Source: an uncultured Candidatus Saccharibacteria bacterium (GTDB lineage: Bacteria; Patescibacteriota; Minisyncoccia; Minisyncoccales; JAGOPM01). Taken from it: 64,000 bases of DNA. The position numbers and the translations under genes are program-made. Positions 49,401 through 58,245 of this stretch are shown here, piece by piece (position 1 is the stretch's first letter; each line of letters starts with the position of its first letter). The stretch spans positions 10,820 to 74,819 of the forward strand of contig CAZQSQ010000002.1 of assembly GCA_964596325.1 (NCBI GenBank), written 5' to 3'. The notes beneath the pieces were generated by a model. The model saw only the letters and a list, made by a program, of their open reading frames with translations. It ran no database searches and was not told where the DNA came from.

Positions 49401-50481
49401 CGGGCACATTAACGGTCAAAAACCCGGCTTCGGTTTTTATCCGCAAAGTTTGACCTTCGCTTGACTCGAGCTCTTGCAAGGCGTAACCCACGACATTGAG
49501 CTGAATATCATTTTTGGCCACAGCCGTCTTTGCCCGATCGCGAGAATCGACAACGCATTTATTATTGCCTGAAGGCGGGTTAGTTTTGGGAGAAGGATAA
49601 GATTCGTCGCACTCGCCATTGGTGGAATTGTTAGGCACGCCATCGGAAAGGAGAATCAAAACTTTTTTACTCCCCGATTTGGGATTGGCGGCAAAAAGAT
49701 CCATGGCCTTTTTTAAGCCGTCGGCAATATTGGTCGTGCGCTCTCCCGCTACTAAAGAAGAAATTGCGCCGCGGCTTTTAGGGAATTTGGCCGAAGCATC
49801 AAAGCCACCCGAAACTATTTTCCCGGCATTGCCAAAAGTGACAATACCCACCCGATCGAATTTTGAATCAAATTTATCCATGGCCGCCAGCAAATGCTGC
49901 TTGGCATAATCAATGCGGCGTTTGCCATTGGCCAAAGGTTGGCCCATGGTCCCGGAAATGTCCACCAGAAAAACCACATCGATATTATTACGGACTATCT
50001 TTGTGGTGTTGGGGCTGCCGCAAACTATGCCAAAGCAAACCGCCGAACGCCCCGAAACATCTTCGTATTCTTTTTCGCCAGTATCTTCATTGGGTAAAAC
50101 CTCCCCACCCTCGGGGCGCGAAACTTCAAGGGCAGGAGACTGGTCCTGAGCTAAATCAGAGCTGAGCGCTTCTGGTATCTGGCCAGCCTCAGTTGTCGGG
50201 GCGCAGGCCGCGCGCACATCGTCACCGTATTGCAAAAAAGTATTGGCGACAAATTCGCCAAGCGCACTGCCCGAGGGCACGTGCAAGGGCCCGACTTTGG
50301 TAGATTGCCCTTTGCTTAAAATATCCAATAAAATATCCTGCCCGTCGCGAAAAATGCTCTGGGTGGAAAAATATGTCCCCTCTTCATTGGTCTGATAAAA
50401 AATCTTTGGGCAGTCCTGCGCTAGGGCAAGCGGCGCAATACAGAATAATGCAAATGCGGCGGCAATAATTTCTTTTTTCAT
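46438..50481 (-). CDS. Large secreted protein with two VWA domains and DUF11-like Ig modules
   Basis: Signal peptide; VVFLVDISGTM..TNIADGL..LLSDG and VADLSESM..TNLAKAI..ILSEG; many Cys. Confidence 0.8.
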   Translation of the reverse strand: MKKEIIAAAFALFCIAPLALAQDCPKIFYQTNEEGTYFSTQSIFRDGQDILLDILSKGQSTKVGPLHVPSGSALGEFVANTFLQYGDDVRAACAPTTEAGQIPEALSSDLAQDQSPALEVSRPEGGEVLPNEDTGEKEYEDVSGRSAVCFGIVCGSPNTTKIVRNNIDVVFLVDISGTMGQPLANGKRRIDYAKQHLLAAMDKFDSKFDRVGIVTFGNAGKIVSGGFDASAKFPKSRGAISSLVAGERTTNIADGLKKAMDLFAANPKSGSKKVLILLSDGVPNNSTNGECDESYPSPKTNPPSGNNKCVVDSRDRAKTAVAKNDIQLNVVGYALQELESSEGQTLRIKTEAGFLTVNVPEEAAKNARQLLRDMAKGDDYYFESETLSDLNSIFDKIITKSKTSPPPVCDNSSLELRAKGNYKFSTVNYPSKAKLLGMEQNNSVVKWNTGNMTMGEIMNFQVIFDKDYKVSNPGNLVDFPKSLYRFVDSSGYKRELDLGMNKASMCVKPEDKKEGGLDIAIERNIALNKCVAHLTFKVTCIGNYPQFKCQDIYLSDKFPVYASYIAKTFKYSSSLQGGGAVYDNSFDGMNGVRFSLGDMVPGESKTIEFDVSLNYSGSLPQSGLAKAQLNYTNGYTRQYGKIENITFAMPIPEECKEPPKGELPKINIVSSVKTEFDCYNPGSVNYIGTSSIALKCEGQLNCQNVSVNVAYSPKYLVRYAGFESALDKVEFSEIKPGNLRFSIPLLAAGETEYVNLKWQVDHENLEKLITGSSLKNNAALFNIKASVFAGKDVVTASSVAEPAAQSLPSPQEFALCRRPPPPRVEVKADFCTECGTQGKFAYTYFKGAIMCKFNEGCSSLSVVVRAPKKVTVAGARKASESPDGTVSYAVAFNREMKFGETQPFNIKFSLDKASMDLDKDKKFDITLEYMATSQGGQLDKISENQTILLPLEEYCGCYQFSGELTRGSNLKAEDFDISRYVMIVADLSESMNVPANAPDRAKFLEQYRQVIKGLYGQINTESGKDNIGIIEASHGTAKLKMTNNGIPLAFTQNINTWNSAVDSLSYGGTTNLAKAINMAHQALITAGRAGDVKVMLILSEGLPTEDGGYTDSETRNSVAKAVCHGSLTTANFMSDQCVSAAIREARAAQKNKIDMYAAWYIYETDPSRERKFDIFEETPKWSEDARDIKDKAVAKAVGKGIMERLGYFQNSGNLPYFNPDDGSSALAKAFGCDRDSKMTIEGILPSGLKFITGSAKSKGAAVAAEVIGVNPQKIIFPISKKMSVNYQQFDFSFYASAPFGMKEVESPVRFYITCLQGRKQVEKYLDLTVTRATDKWCPYAGSCQEFK

Positions 50482-50483
50482 AT

Positions 50484-51263
50484 TTAATTATGTAGATTTT
50501 TTGGATAATTTTTTATCTGCCCTAAAAACTTTCGATTGGCCCATTCCCAAAGATCCTTGGCGGAAAGGAAGGCCCGATACGACTCATCCATCCCTTTCAT
50601 TTTTTTGAACTCAATTTCTCCCATGGGCGCATTAAAATCGTGTTGGCAAAAATATTTCCCACCCGTAATCTTGATGTGCCCTTCTTTATCGCGGCGCTTG
50701 GCGCCGCAAATATCACAAACTTCATATTTGTCGAGGCGCAATATCCAGCTGGCAGTCGCTTTTTGGTCTTTGGCAGCAGCTTTATTATGAGCATGGGCGT
50801 AGGCCGCAGTTTGCAAGCCGTATTCCTCCCAAATCCCGCTGCCTGTTTTTATATCGACTATTCCGACCTCCCCGTCTATCCGGGCCAAAATATCGGCCGT
50901 CCCGCAATAGAAATGCTCCTGATTGTCGATAATCTTTTTTTCTACCGCGATTACTTCAATGTCATGCTTGGCGCGCCATTTGACCAATTCTTGCATTATG
51001 GGTTTAAGCTTCGGGTCGAACCCGTCTTTGCCCTGCAAAAAATTTTCGGCGGCATCATGCACCTTTATTCCGTTTTCCGCGGCCAAACGCATAGCCTCTT
51101 GGGCTGCGGTAAAATTTTTCTGCTGCGCATAATAACGCAAAAGCCCGGGCTTGGCGACAATCTGCAAAATCGAGGTAACCCGCGGCAACCAAAAATCCTC
51201 AACCTCGTAACCGTGCTTGGCACGGAATTCCTTAAGCATTTTTCCTTCTTCCTTGTTAGTCAT
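50484..51263 (-). CDS. PD-(D/E)XK nuclease with Zn-finger-like insert
   Basis: PRVTSIL, G..VH, GTAD...DIKT, Q.AAY, CDICG. Confidence 0.82.
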   Translation of the reverse strand: MTNKEEGKMLKEFRAKHGYEVEDFWLPRVTSILQIVAKPGLLRYYAQQKNFTAAQEAMRLAAENGIKVHDAAENFLQGKDGFDPKLKPIMQELVKWRAKHDIEVIAVEKKIIDNQEHFYCGTADILARIDGEVGIVDIKTGSGIWEEYGLQTAAYAHAHNKAAAKDQKATASWILRLDKYEVCDICGAKRRDKEGHIKITGGKYFCQHDFNAPMGEIEFKKMKGMDESYRAFLSAKDLWEWANRKFLGQIKNYPKNLHN

Positions 51264-51273
51264 CTTTCCTTTT

Positions 51274-54200
51274 TCATCTGACCGGCGGTCTTATGCCGAT
51301 AAATTCATCCGGAGCATAAAGCGTTATATTGCAATTATCAAAGCGTAATTTGCCATAACCGTTATCGCCCCAAGTAGTTCCCCAACTGTTTTTAATTATC
51401 CAATACCTGTCTTTTTTGTTGTAACCGACAACAATGACTCCATGGTTTACTGATGAGCTAGAATCCTTCTCGCACTCGAAAACCCCGTCATCGCCAATCC
51501 TAAAGGCGGCCAAAATTTTTCCAACAAAAGGCCCGCGCTGATCCAAAACTTTCATCATATACTCGGTTGTAGCCGTAGAAGGGCCCAAGTCCGGGCTAAC
51601 AAACTGCGGGGTGGCTTTTGTGCCCCGAGTCTGCCAATCGGCGCATTGCGCTTTGGCAATCGCTTCCCCAAAAGGATATTTTTCTCCGGGCATGCAAGCC
51701 TCGTCAACAATACCATTGCCCATCAGAGCCCACTCCTTGGTGGTCTGATAGGGCGCGATACTGAGGCCATTAGGCAAAGGAAATTTATCCGCTGAATAAA
51801 GCCAAATTTCCGAAAGGTCCAAATTTTTGCCAGCATCCCTTTGCTCAATTTTATAGCGCGATTCGATGGTCCCGCAATACGCATAGGCCCAACAGTTGCC
51901 GATGCCATCCTGATCTTTAACTGAAGTCAACCAATTTTTCCCGTCTTTATTGCGCCAGTCGACATCGTCTTTATTGGCACTGGAACGGAAATTTATTGTC
52001 GCAACCACTCCACTTTCATCTTGGCCGTCAAACTTCCCGTCAAAGTTCCTATCCAAGCACCAATAATGGGTTTGGGCCTGCTCCGTTCTGGCAAACTCAT
52101 AGGAAACTTGGCAAAAAGCACTGCTACCCAAATCACAGTTGCCCAACTCCGGACCGCTGCAAGAATCTTTTTTGACAGAAATTTTCATTTTCCGGCAATC
52201 ATCAAATATTTCTATTATCCCATCTTTGCCAATTGCCGAGAGCGCCCAATGCAAACGAATATTCCCTGCGCTGGGCAAATAATCATAGTAAAGCGCCTTT
52301 TTATCATTTTCTGATTTATAAGGCTGCGTGCTATCGCTGCTCCAAAACAAAGTTTTTACCGGCGCGGTGCAATTATTAACCGGGAGCAATAATTTGCTGG
52401 CATCAAAAACATAAGATTTCTCATCGCAGAAAATTTGGCGCATTTCATCTTTGACGCAAGCGCGATAACCGTATTTCAGATCAGCCGGCTGGGCTTTGAG
52501 CTTGGCAATATTGATATCAAACCAGAATTTTTCAGCCTTCGAGCGATAATCCAATGGCAAAGCTATACTGTCATCCCAAACATATTCTACCCCGCCCGCT
52601 TCCCCGGCCGCAGCTGACCAAATGGCAAAGCCGCCATAAACTTCCGGATATTCGTCCAAATTATTAACTTGGCCAGTCAGAATGATCGCCTTGGACCCGT
52701 CAAAATGCACGGCAGTTTTAGCCTCAGCGCTAAGCGTTTCCACTATGGGCGTAATCTTGGTTGTCAGCCCAAGCCAATCATTGGCACAATAATACTTCTC
52801 ATCCTCCCAATATTGCTTGGCGCAAAGCCTCAACTTAAATTTCCCCTCCCGATTATTAGTTTTAATATTGGCAAAGCCCAACCAAACTTTTATATCCCCG
52901 GTGCCGGCTGTATTTTTGAGAATGCTGTCATTTTCGAAAGCCACAGCTTTATCGGCTGGATTAGCCGTGTTGTAATATTCATAGCCCAAATAAAGCCGAT
53001 TAAAATCCCGCCAATTATCCACAACTCCATCGATCTTATATCCGGGATAACCGCCACCCTGATACTTCAAGGCGACATTGCGGACTATCGGGACTTTTAT
53101 ATCGGAAATCGCAAAACAATAATCTTCCTTGGCGCAAACCAAATATGTGTCAGGCGTTCCCTCAAATAAAGGCGTGATGCAGGCCCGATAGCAGAACCTC
53201 GCTTCTCCCTTGCTCGGCTTGATGGGCGATAAGGGCTCCATATCCAAAGCCTCCGGCGTAGTATCCAGTTCACGATAAGCGGTTTTCTCTGACGAAAAAA
53301 CGCTTTGGTTGCGATAATCGAAACTTTGCCAAGTGAAAAATGTTCTGAGTATCGGGAATTTGCCCGTGTTGGTAATACGCCCTTGGGGCAAAATCGTGCC
53401 ATCGGCGAGCATTTTGGGCGGTAAATTAATAACATCAATATCCTCTAAGCCCCTCACCCGCTCGCTGACAATCTCACCGCAAACTTTGTCTTTAGGGTTT
53501 TTAGTCGGCGAGGCGCAGGCCGCGTAAGTGATATTTTCATAATTATCGAGGGGCAAAAATGATTTGGAGTCTATTGTTTTCTTAAAGGCGACATTTCTGC
53601 CTTGATTAAGTGGTTTGTCGAGCCAAATGAAACTATCCTCCTCAATGCTAGCCCAGTCAATCCACGGCTCGTGGTGTGCGATATAAGTCAACTCCTTGCC
53701 AAACATACCGATTTGGCCCGTGGGAATATCTTCATGCACGGTTTCGGAATATTTTTTCGTATCATAAATCGCGAAGCCCGCGTAAAGCTGTTTGGCGCCC
53801 CAAAAAGAATTCACCCGGCCGTTAAGATCAACTGTCTTGGCGGTGATATTGCTTGGGGCAAATGTTTGGACATAAGGCAAATCCGGAAAGCAAAAATACG
53901 GCGAGGAAAAAATATTAGTTCCGGTTTGCCGGGCGTAAATTTTCACACAGGCCTTGTCGCCCTTGTCCAAATAAATCCCCTTGGGCGAGAAGCTGACAAT
54001 TTTTTTGTTCGGTAAAATCTGGGTCCTTGAGGAAAAATACCCGTTGACCGGTTCAATTTTTTGGCCATTAGCCTTCTTAATCGTCAAATCAAAACAATAT
54101 TCCACGAAGGAATCGGCCTTATTCCCCGGATAAAGGCTGGCCGAAATTTGCAGACTGCCGTCATTTTTATTGATTTTTGCATCCTCAATAATTGCCTTAG

Positions 54201-54591
54201 GGCTGGGGTAAAGCTCTTCCCGGTCCATATCGCGCATGGCTTCGAAGCAGTAAGGTTTTTCCGAATCATTCAAATTAAAAATTTTGGCCTTAAGCGCATA
54301 ACCGCTGCGCAGTAAAAAATTAGCGGCAAAAAACGTGAATCGCCCGTTGTATTTAACCCGAGAATTGCCGATTACAAAAGCCGCCTTATTGCTGCCTTTA
54401 GGAAAGACTTCATAAGCCACGCTCACGCCCTGATTTTCAGCCAAACCGCTGGCCGTGGCGCTGATAAGCGTGCCATTATTTTTGGTTTGATAGGAATTGA
54501 TCGTGACTGCTGGCGCCGCCAGAACCGGCCATGCAAAAAAAACAGAACAGATTATGGCAAGAATAATATTTTTTTTGCCCATAACGCTCAT
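51274..54591 (-). CDS. Large secreted protein with FN3-like repeats and C-terminal papain-like (C1) peptidase
   Basis: Signal peptide; DWR, VKDQ...CWA, NHGV.VVGY, WIIKNSWG. Confidence 0.85.
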   Translation of the reverse strand: MSVMGKKNIILAIICSVFFAWPVLAAPAVTINSYQTKNNGTLISATASGLAENQGVSVAYEVFPKGSNKAAFVIGNSRVKYNGRFTFFAANFLLRSGYALKAKIFNLNDSEKPYCFEAMRDMDREELYPSPKAIIEDAKINKNDGSLQISASLYPGNKADSFVEYCFDLTIKKANGQKIEPVNGYFSSRTQILPNKKIVSFSPKGIYLDKGDKACVKIYARQTGTNIFSSPYFCFPDLPYVQTFAPSNITAKTVDLNGRVNSFWGAKQLYAGFAIYDTKKYSETVHEDIPTGQIGMFGKELTYIAHHEPWIDWASIEEDSFIWLDKPLNQGRNVAFKKTIDSKSFLPLDNYENITYAACASPTKNPKDKVCGEIVSERVRGLEDIDVINLPPKMLADGTILPQGRITNTGKFPILRTFFTWQSFDYRNQSVFSSEKTAYRELDTTPEALDMEPLSPIKPSKGEARFCYRACITPLFEGTPDTYLVCAKEDYCFAISDIKVPIVRNVALKYQGGGYPGYKIDGVVDNWRDFNRLYLGYEYYNTANPADKAVAFENDSILKNTAGTGDIKVWLGFANIKTNNREGKFKLRLCAKQYWEDEKYYCANDWLGLTTKITPIVETLSAEAKTAVHFDGSKAIILTGQVNNLDEYPEVYGGFAIWSAAAGEAGGVEYVWDDSIALPLDYRSKAEKFWFDINIAKLKAQPADLKYGYRACVKDEMRQIFCDEKSYVFDASKLLLPVNNCTAPVKTLFWSSDSTQPYKSENDKKALYYDYLPSAGNIRLHWALSAIGKDGIIEIFDDCRKMKISVKKDSCSGPELGNCDLGSSAFCQVSYEFARTEQAQTHYWCLDRNFDGKFDGQDESGVVATINFRSSANKDDVDWRNKDGKNWLTSVKDQDGIGNCWAYAYCGTIESRYKIEQRDAGKNLDLSEIWLYSADKFPLPNGLSIAPYQTTKEWALMGNGIVDEACMPGEKYPFGEAIAKAQCADWQTRGTKATPQFVSPDLGPSTATTEYMMKVLDQRGPFVGKILAAFRIGDDGVFECEKDSSSSVNHGVIVVGYNKKDRYWIIKNSWGTTWGDNGYGKLRFDNCNITLYAPDEFIGIRPPVR

Positions 54592-54592
54592 A

Positions 54593-56053
54593 TTATTTGC
54601 AATTTGTTAAAAATTGGATTGCGGCAATATTTTTAATCCCGCCAAATTTGGAAGACCAGTACGACTTGGCCGAATCATTGGCCGCTCCGGAATTTTGGCC
54701 ACTCCCATTGGCCAAGTTCAGCGTAAAATTGACTTTTTGGCCGCTTGCAACATTGCCCACGGCTATGCCCAAAGAATTAAGCTGCGAGTTGTAGTTGATA
54801 GTATAAGGAGAGGCAACATTGCTACCAAGATATGAAATGCCCGGGTTTAGCCGAAGGTAAGCAAAAACATCTTCGCAATTTTTTGGAAGGGATTTTTCTT
54901 GGGCAAACATACTGCCAAGCGTGATGGAGATTTTTGACAAATCTTCCGATTCGGAAAATGTAGCCGGCAAACTGGCCATATTCTTCATCAGACTTTTGGC
55001 GAAAGCCCCAGCATTGGGTTTGATTTTATCAGTTTGGGCAAAATTAAAACCAATAGTATAAATCTTGGCCGGGGATTTATCGGAGAATTTAGCGTAAAAG
55101 GCTTGGTTTAAGGCATCTTTGGTGCAGGTATTGGCGCTTGTCGGATAAGATTGCCAGTCTGGGCACTCACCCTTGGTGTAGGCATTAGCAACCCCGTCAG
55201 AAACGAGCACGATAATATTGCGCCTAGAATTTGGCGTGGAGCTTATCGGCAGCGCTGAAAGCAAATTGCGGGCCTGCAAAATTCCATCGGCAATATTGGT
55301 TAATCTTTCATTAGCCGCAAAAGCCTCAAGGGTGGCGGCGGCCTTGGTGTAATCGCTACTCATACCCAAAAGAATTTTCCCCTTGGCGCCAAAGCCCACG
55401 AGCGCCACCTTATCAAAATTTTTATCCAATTTGGCCAACAGCCCTTTGATGGCCGCCTTGGCATTATTAAGTGGAGCTCCGCGCATAGTGGCTGATTGGT
55501 CAAGCACAAAAACTATATTGAGCGCGGGCCGCACATATTGAAGATTTTCGCTGGGGCAAGAAAATTCAATATTGCCAGAAAATCGGCAGCTCGCCGCAGG
55601 CTTGGCAAATGTTTTAGGCATTGGCTTGGCTACCAAAGGCAAATAACTTTGTGCTCCCGTAGGGCGAAAGCCATCGTCTAGATTTGGAAAATATCCTGAG
55701 GCCCGCATCGTGGCTATCATTTCTGTTTTTTTACCCACAGCATCTACGCAGGCAAAACAATTTTTAGAAAATGCCGAACCGCAAAGCTTTGGGTCACTAA
55801 GAACTTGCTGTTTAAGGCCGTAAAGCTCGCAGTAATTATACTTGGTGGAAATTTTGCCATTGACCAAGCCCCAAGAATCGGCTTGCTTGCCATCGGGCAG
55901 CGTACAGAGGGAATATTGGCCCGCCGCCGTAGTGATAACTTTTGAGGGAAAACCCATTTGCAGGCAATAGGCGGTCGAGGGGTTGTGCATGGCACCCGCC
56001 CCCAAAGGCAAAAGCGCCGCCAAGGCAATTATTGCAAATATTTTTTTAGACAT
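54593..56053 (-). CDS. Secreted DUF333-like + VWA domain protein
   Basis: Signal peptide, NPSTAYC..MG....C.LPDG...W, VFVLDQSATM, TNIADG, VSDG. Confidence 0.8.
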   Translation of the reverse strand: MSKKIFAIIALAALLPLGAGAMHNPSTAYCLQMGFPSKVITTAAGQYSLCTLPDGKQADSWGLVNGKISTKYNYCELYGLKQQVLSDPKLCGSAFSKNCFACVDAVGKKTEMIATMRASGYFPNLDDGFRPTGAQSYLPLVAKPMPKTFAKPAASCRFSGNIEFSCPSENLQYVRPALNIVFVLDQSATMRGAPLNNAKAAIKGLLAKLDKNFDKVALVGFGAKGKILLGMSSDYTKAAATLEAFAANERLTNIADGILQARNLLSALPISSTPNSRRNIIVLVSDGVANAYTKGECPDWQSYPTSANTCTKDALNQAFYAKFSDKSPAKIYTIGFNFAQTDKIKPNAGAFAKSLMKNMASLPATFSESEDLSKISITLGSMFAQEKSLPKNCEDVFAYLRLNPGISYLGSNVASPYTINYNSQLNSLGIAVGNVASGQKVNFTLNLANGSGQNSGAANDSAKSYWSSKFGGIKNIAAIQFLTNCK

Positions 56054-56068
56054 ATTTTTGAAAAATTT

Positions 56069-58111
56069 TTAGGGTTTTATCGCCTCCCCGGGCGCATTAA
56101 CTTTTTGCACGGAGATAACCTCATCTTTGAAATTAGGAACCATGCCACACTCGCCATAAGGAATGTGAATAAATCCGCCGTCCCCCCAGCCAGTGCCCCA
56201 ACTATTTTTGATAATCCAACTTCCGTCTAGCTGACTATAACCAACAATTAAAACCGCATGCGAATATATGGCATCGGCCCGCCAATTTGCCCCGCAGCGC
56301 AGGCGGCCGGCCTCATCGAAGTAGGCGTCGGAATGAAAAATATGCCCGTGAATCGGCCCATACTTGCGGATAGCCGCTTTTATTTGATCCAAACCGATAG
56401 TGCCTTTATCCCCGATTATCTTTTCCCACCCGATAAAAAGCCTTTGTTGCCAATCCGCACAGCGATTGGCGCAATGGTCACCGGGTAACGGATAACCGTC
56501 TTTATCCAAAATTCCGGCATTATACGGAAAACAATTTTCATCCACTGTGCGCATTGGAAATTGCCAATCAACCTCGTTCTGATTGGCATATTTTTGGTTT
56601 TCATTAGCACAAGCCGAGAAAAAACTTTCCGAAAGATCAATATCGGTATTAGGCAAATCCCTCTCAATCAAATAGCGAGATTCAATGGCGCCCGTAGTCC
56701 TGAAATCCGCACACGTTCCGGAACCGTCTTGGTCTTTAACGCGCGTTACATAGCTGCCCTTGGGCCGATTGCGCCAATCAAAATACAGCCAATCAGCCTG
56801 CTCGTAGATGTCATATTGGGCAAAAACCGATTCCCCGAAGCGATCAAATTTGCCATCCCCATTTTTATCTACGCAAGCAAAAACCTTATGCCCGCCAACT
56901 TTAGTCTCGAGATTTCTCAACATTAAAAGGCAGCCTAAACTTTTCTCCCCAATGTTATAATTATAACCGGTATTACACCAAGTTATCATCTCACCTTGGC
57001 AGGACTCTTTGCGCAACTGTATCTCCTTATTTTGGCAATCCAATTTTAAGCGGACATCAATATGGGAAATTTTGGCCTCCTCGGTTGTAAAATTTGTTTG
57101 CCCGAGAAATTCCATGCTCAAATTCGAAGAGCAGGCTTCCACCCCCTCGGCGATTATCGGCTCCTCATCGTAACACTTGATATAAATTTCTTTTAGCTTA
57201 TATTTGGCTTTATTATCCTTGCTATACTTCAACAAATTCACTTCGCATTCCTGCGAATCCTGATACTGGCTGGAGGTTTTAATTACCACTTTTTTCCCGG
57301 CCAAATCTTTAGCAATGTAATAGTACTGCCTAGCTACTCTTTTCTTAGCAAGGTCATAATTACCGCTGGCAAAAGCATTAAGGCAATCATTTTCACTTAA
57401 ATAACAACCGTGGATGGCGGCCCCGGCCAAATTATCCGCCTGCCAATAATGGCAAAGGGCGCGGCGGGCAAACACTTGCGTTGAAAGTTGGGCGTTGGCT
57501 GAGCCGTTATTTAAGGCACAATACCACATGGGTTGGGCCAAGTACCCGCAATCGTAGAGCGGCCCGAAGCCGGAAGCATAAATCAAATCCACCGTATCCA
57601 TGGCCGAGCCGGTATCATTGGCAAAAGAAGAAGCATCGGGATATTTTTGCGAAAAGCCGACAGGGAATTCTTTGGCAAAATAATAACCCACAATCTGCCC
57701 GTCGCTGGCGCGCCGGCTAATCCTGATCATGGCCCCGCGGTAACAATAATAATCCCCGTCGCTGTCGCTGGAAGTTTTAAGCTCGGGCATTCCCAAAACC
57801 GGATTGACGGCATACTGGGCCATATTGGAAAAACTTAAATCATAAGAAAAACTCCCTCTGTTCACCAGTTTGCCGGTTTTGATCGTCACAATCTCGCTTG
57901 GCCGGCGCCGCAAAAGGACCTCGAACCACGGCTCCAAAGTAAAGGAAGTCGGGTTGATAATTTGGCCGGAAAGGGTCGCCCCGTTTTGATTTGTTATTTT
58001 CTTCAAATTCGTAAAACGCGGAAAATTACTCTCCGCCAAAACGTGATTGAATGCCAAAAATAACAGGCACGCCGAATATGCAATTATGTGCAAAAATTGG
58101 CGCTTGCTCAT
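56069..58111 (-). CDS. Secreted Cys-rich protein with C-terminal papain-like (C1) peptidase
   Basis: Signal peptide from ATG 58111; FDWR, VKDQ...C, HAVLIVGY, WIIKNSWG. Confidence 0.85.
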   Translation of the reverse strand: MSKRQFLHIIAYSACLLFLAFNHVLAESNFPRFTNLKKITNQNGATLSGQIINPTSFTLEPWFEVLLRRRPSEIVTIKTGKLVNRGSFSYDLSFSNMAQYAVNPVLGMPELKTSSDSDGDYYCYRGAMIRISRRASDGQIVGYYFAKEFPVGFSQKYPDASSFANDTGSAMDTVDLIYASGFGPLYDCGYLAQPMWYCALNNGSANAQLSTQVFARRALCHYWQADNLAGAAIHGCYLSENDCLNAFASGNYDLAKKRVARQYYYIAKDLAGKKVVIKTSSQYQDSQECEVNLLKYSKDNKAKYKLKEIYIKCYDEEPIIAEGVEACSSNLSMEFLGQTNFTTEEAKISHIDVRLKLDCQNKEIQLRKESCQGEMITWCNTGYNYNIGEKSLGCLLMLRNLETKVGGHKVFACVDKNGDGKFDRFGESVFAQYDIYEQADWLYFDWRNRPKGSYVTRVKDQDGSGTCADFRTTGAIESRYLIERDLPNTDIDLSESFFSACANENQKYANQNEVDWQFPMRTVDENCFPYNAGILDKDGYPLPGDHCANRCADWQQRLFIGWEKIIGDKGTIGLDQIKAAIRKYGPIHGHIFHSDAYFDEAGRLRCGANWRADAIYSHAVLIVGYSQLDGSWIIKNSWGTGWGDGGFIHIPYGECGMVPNFKDEVISVQKVNAPGEAIKP

Positions 58112-58161
58112 GCCTGCTTTAATTATAGTATTTTGTTGCCTTAAAAGAAGTGGAAAACCCT

Positions 58162-58245
58162 GCCGCGTGCGAAGTCGCGTATAGCTCCGCACGCGACAAG
58201 CTATACGAGGGAAGCCGCGTGCGAGTATGGCGAGCTATACGCGGC
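58162..58245. repeat. GC-rich nested direct/inverted repeat element
   Basis: GCCGCGTGCGA x2, AGCTATACG x2, CGCGTATAGCTC/GAGCTATACGCG inverted pair. Confidence 0.7.

Noticed and set aside
46438-58111. Diversity-generating retroelement acting on the surface proteins
   Set aside because: No reverse transcriptase in the window and no near-identical TR/VR nucleotide pair noticed; similarities are at protein level only.
58112-58192. N-terminal extension of the 707-aa ORF
   Set aside because: It runs through the repeat element; ATG 58111 gives a signal peptide and has a -10 box upstream.
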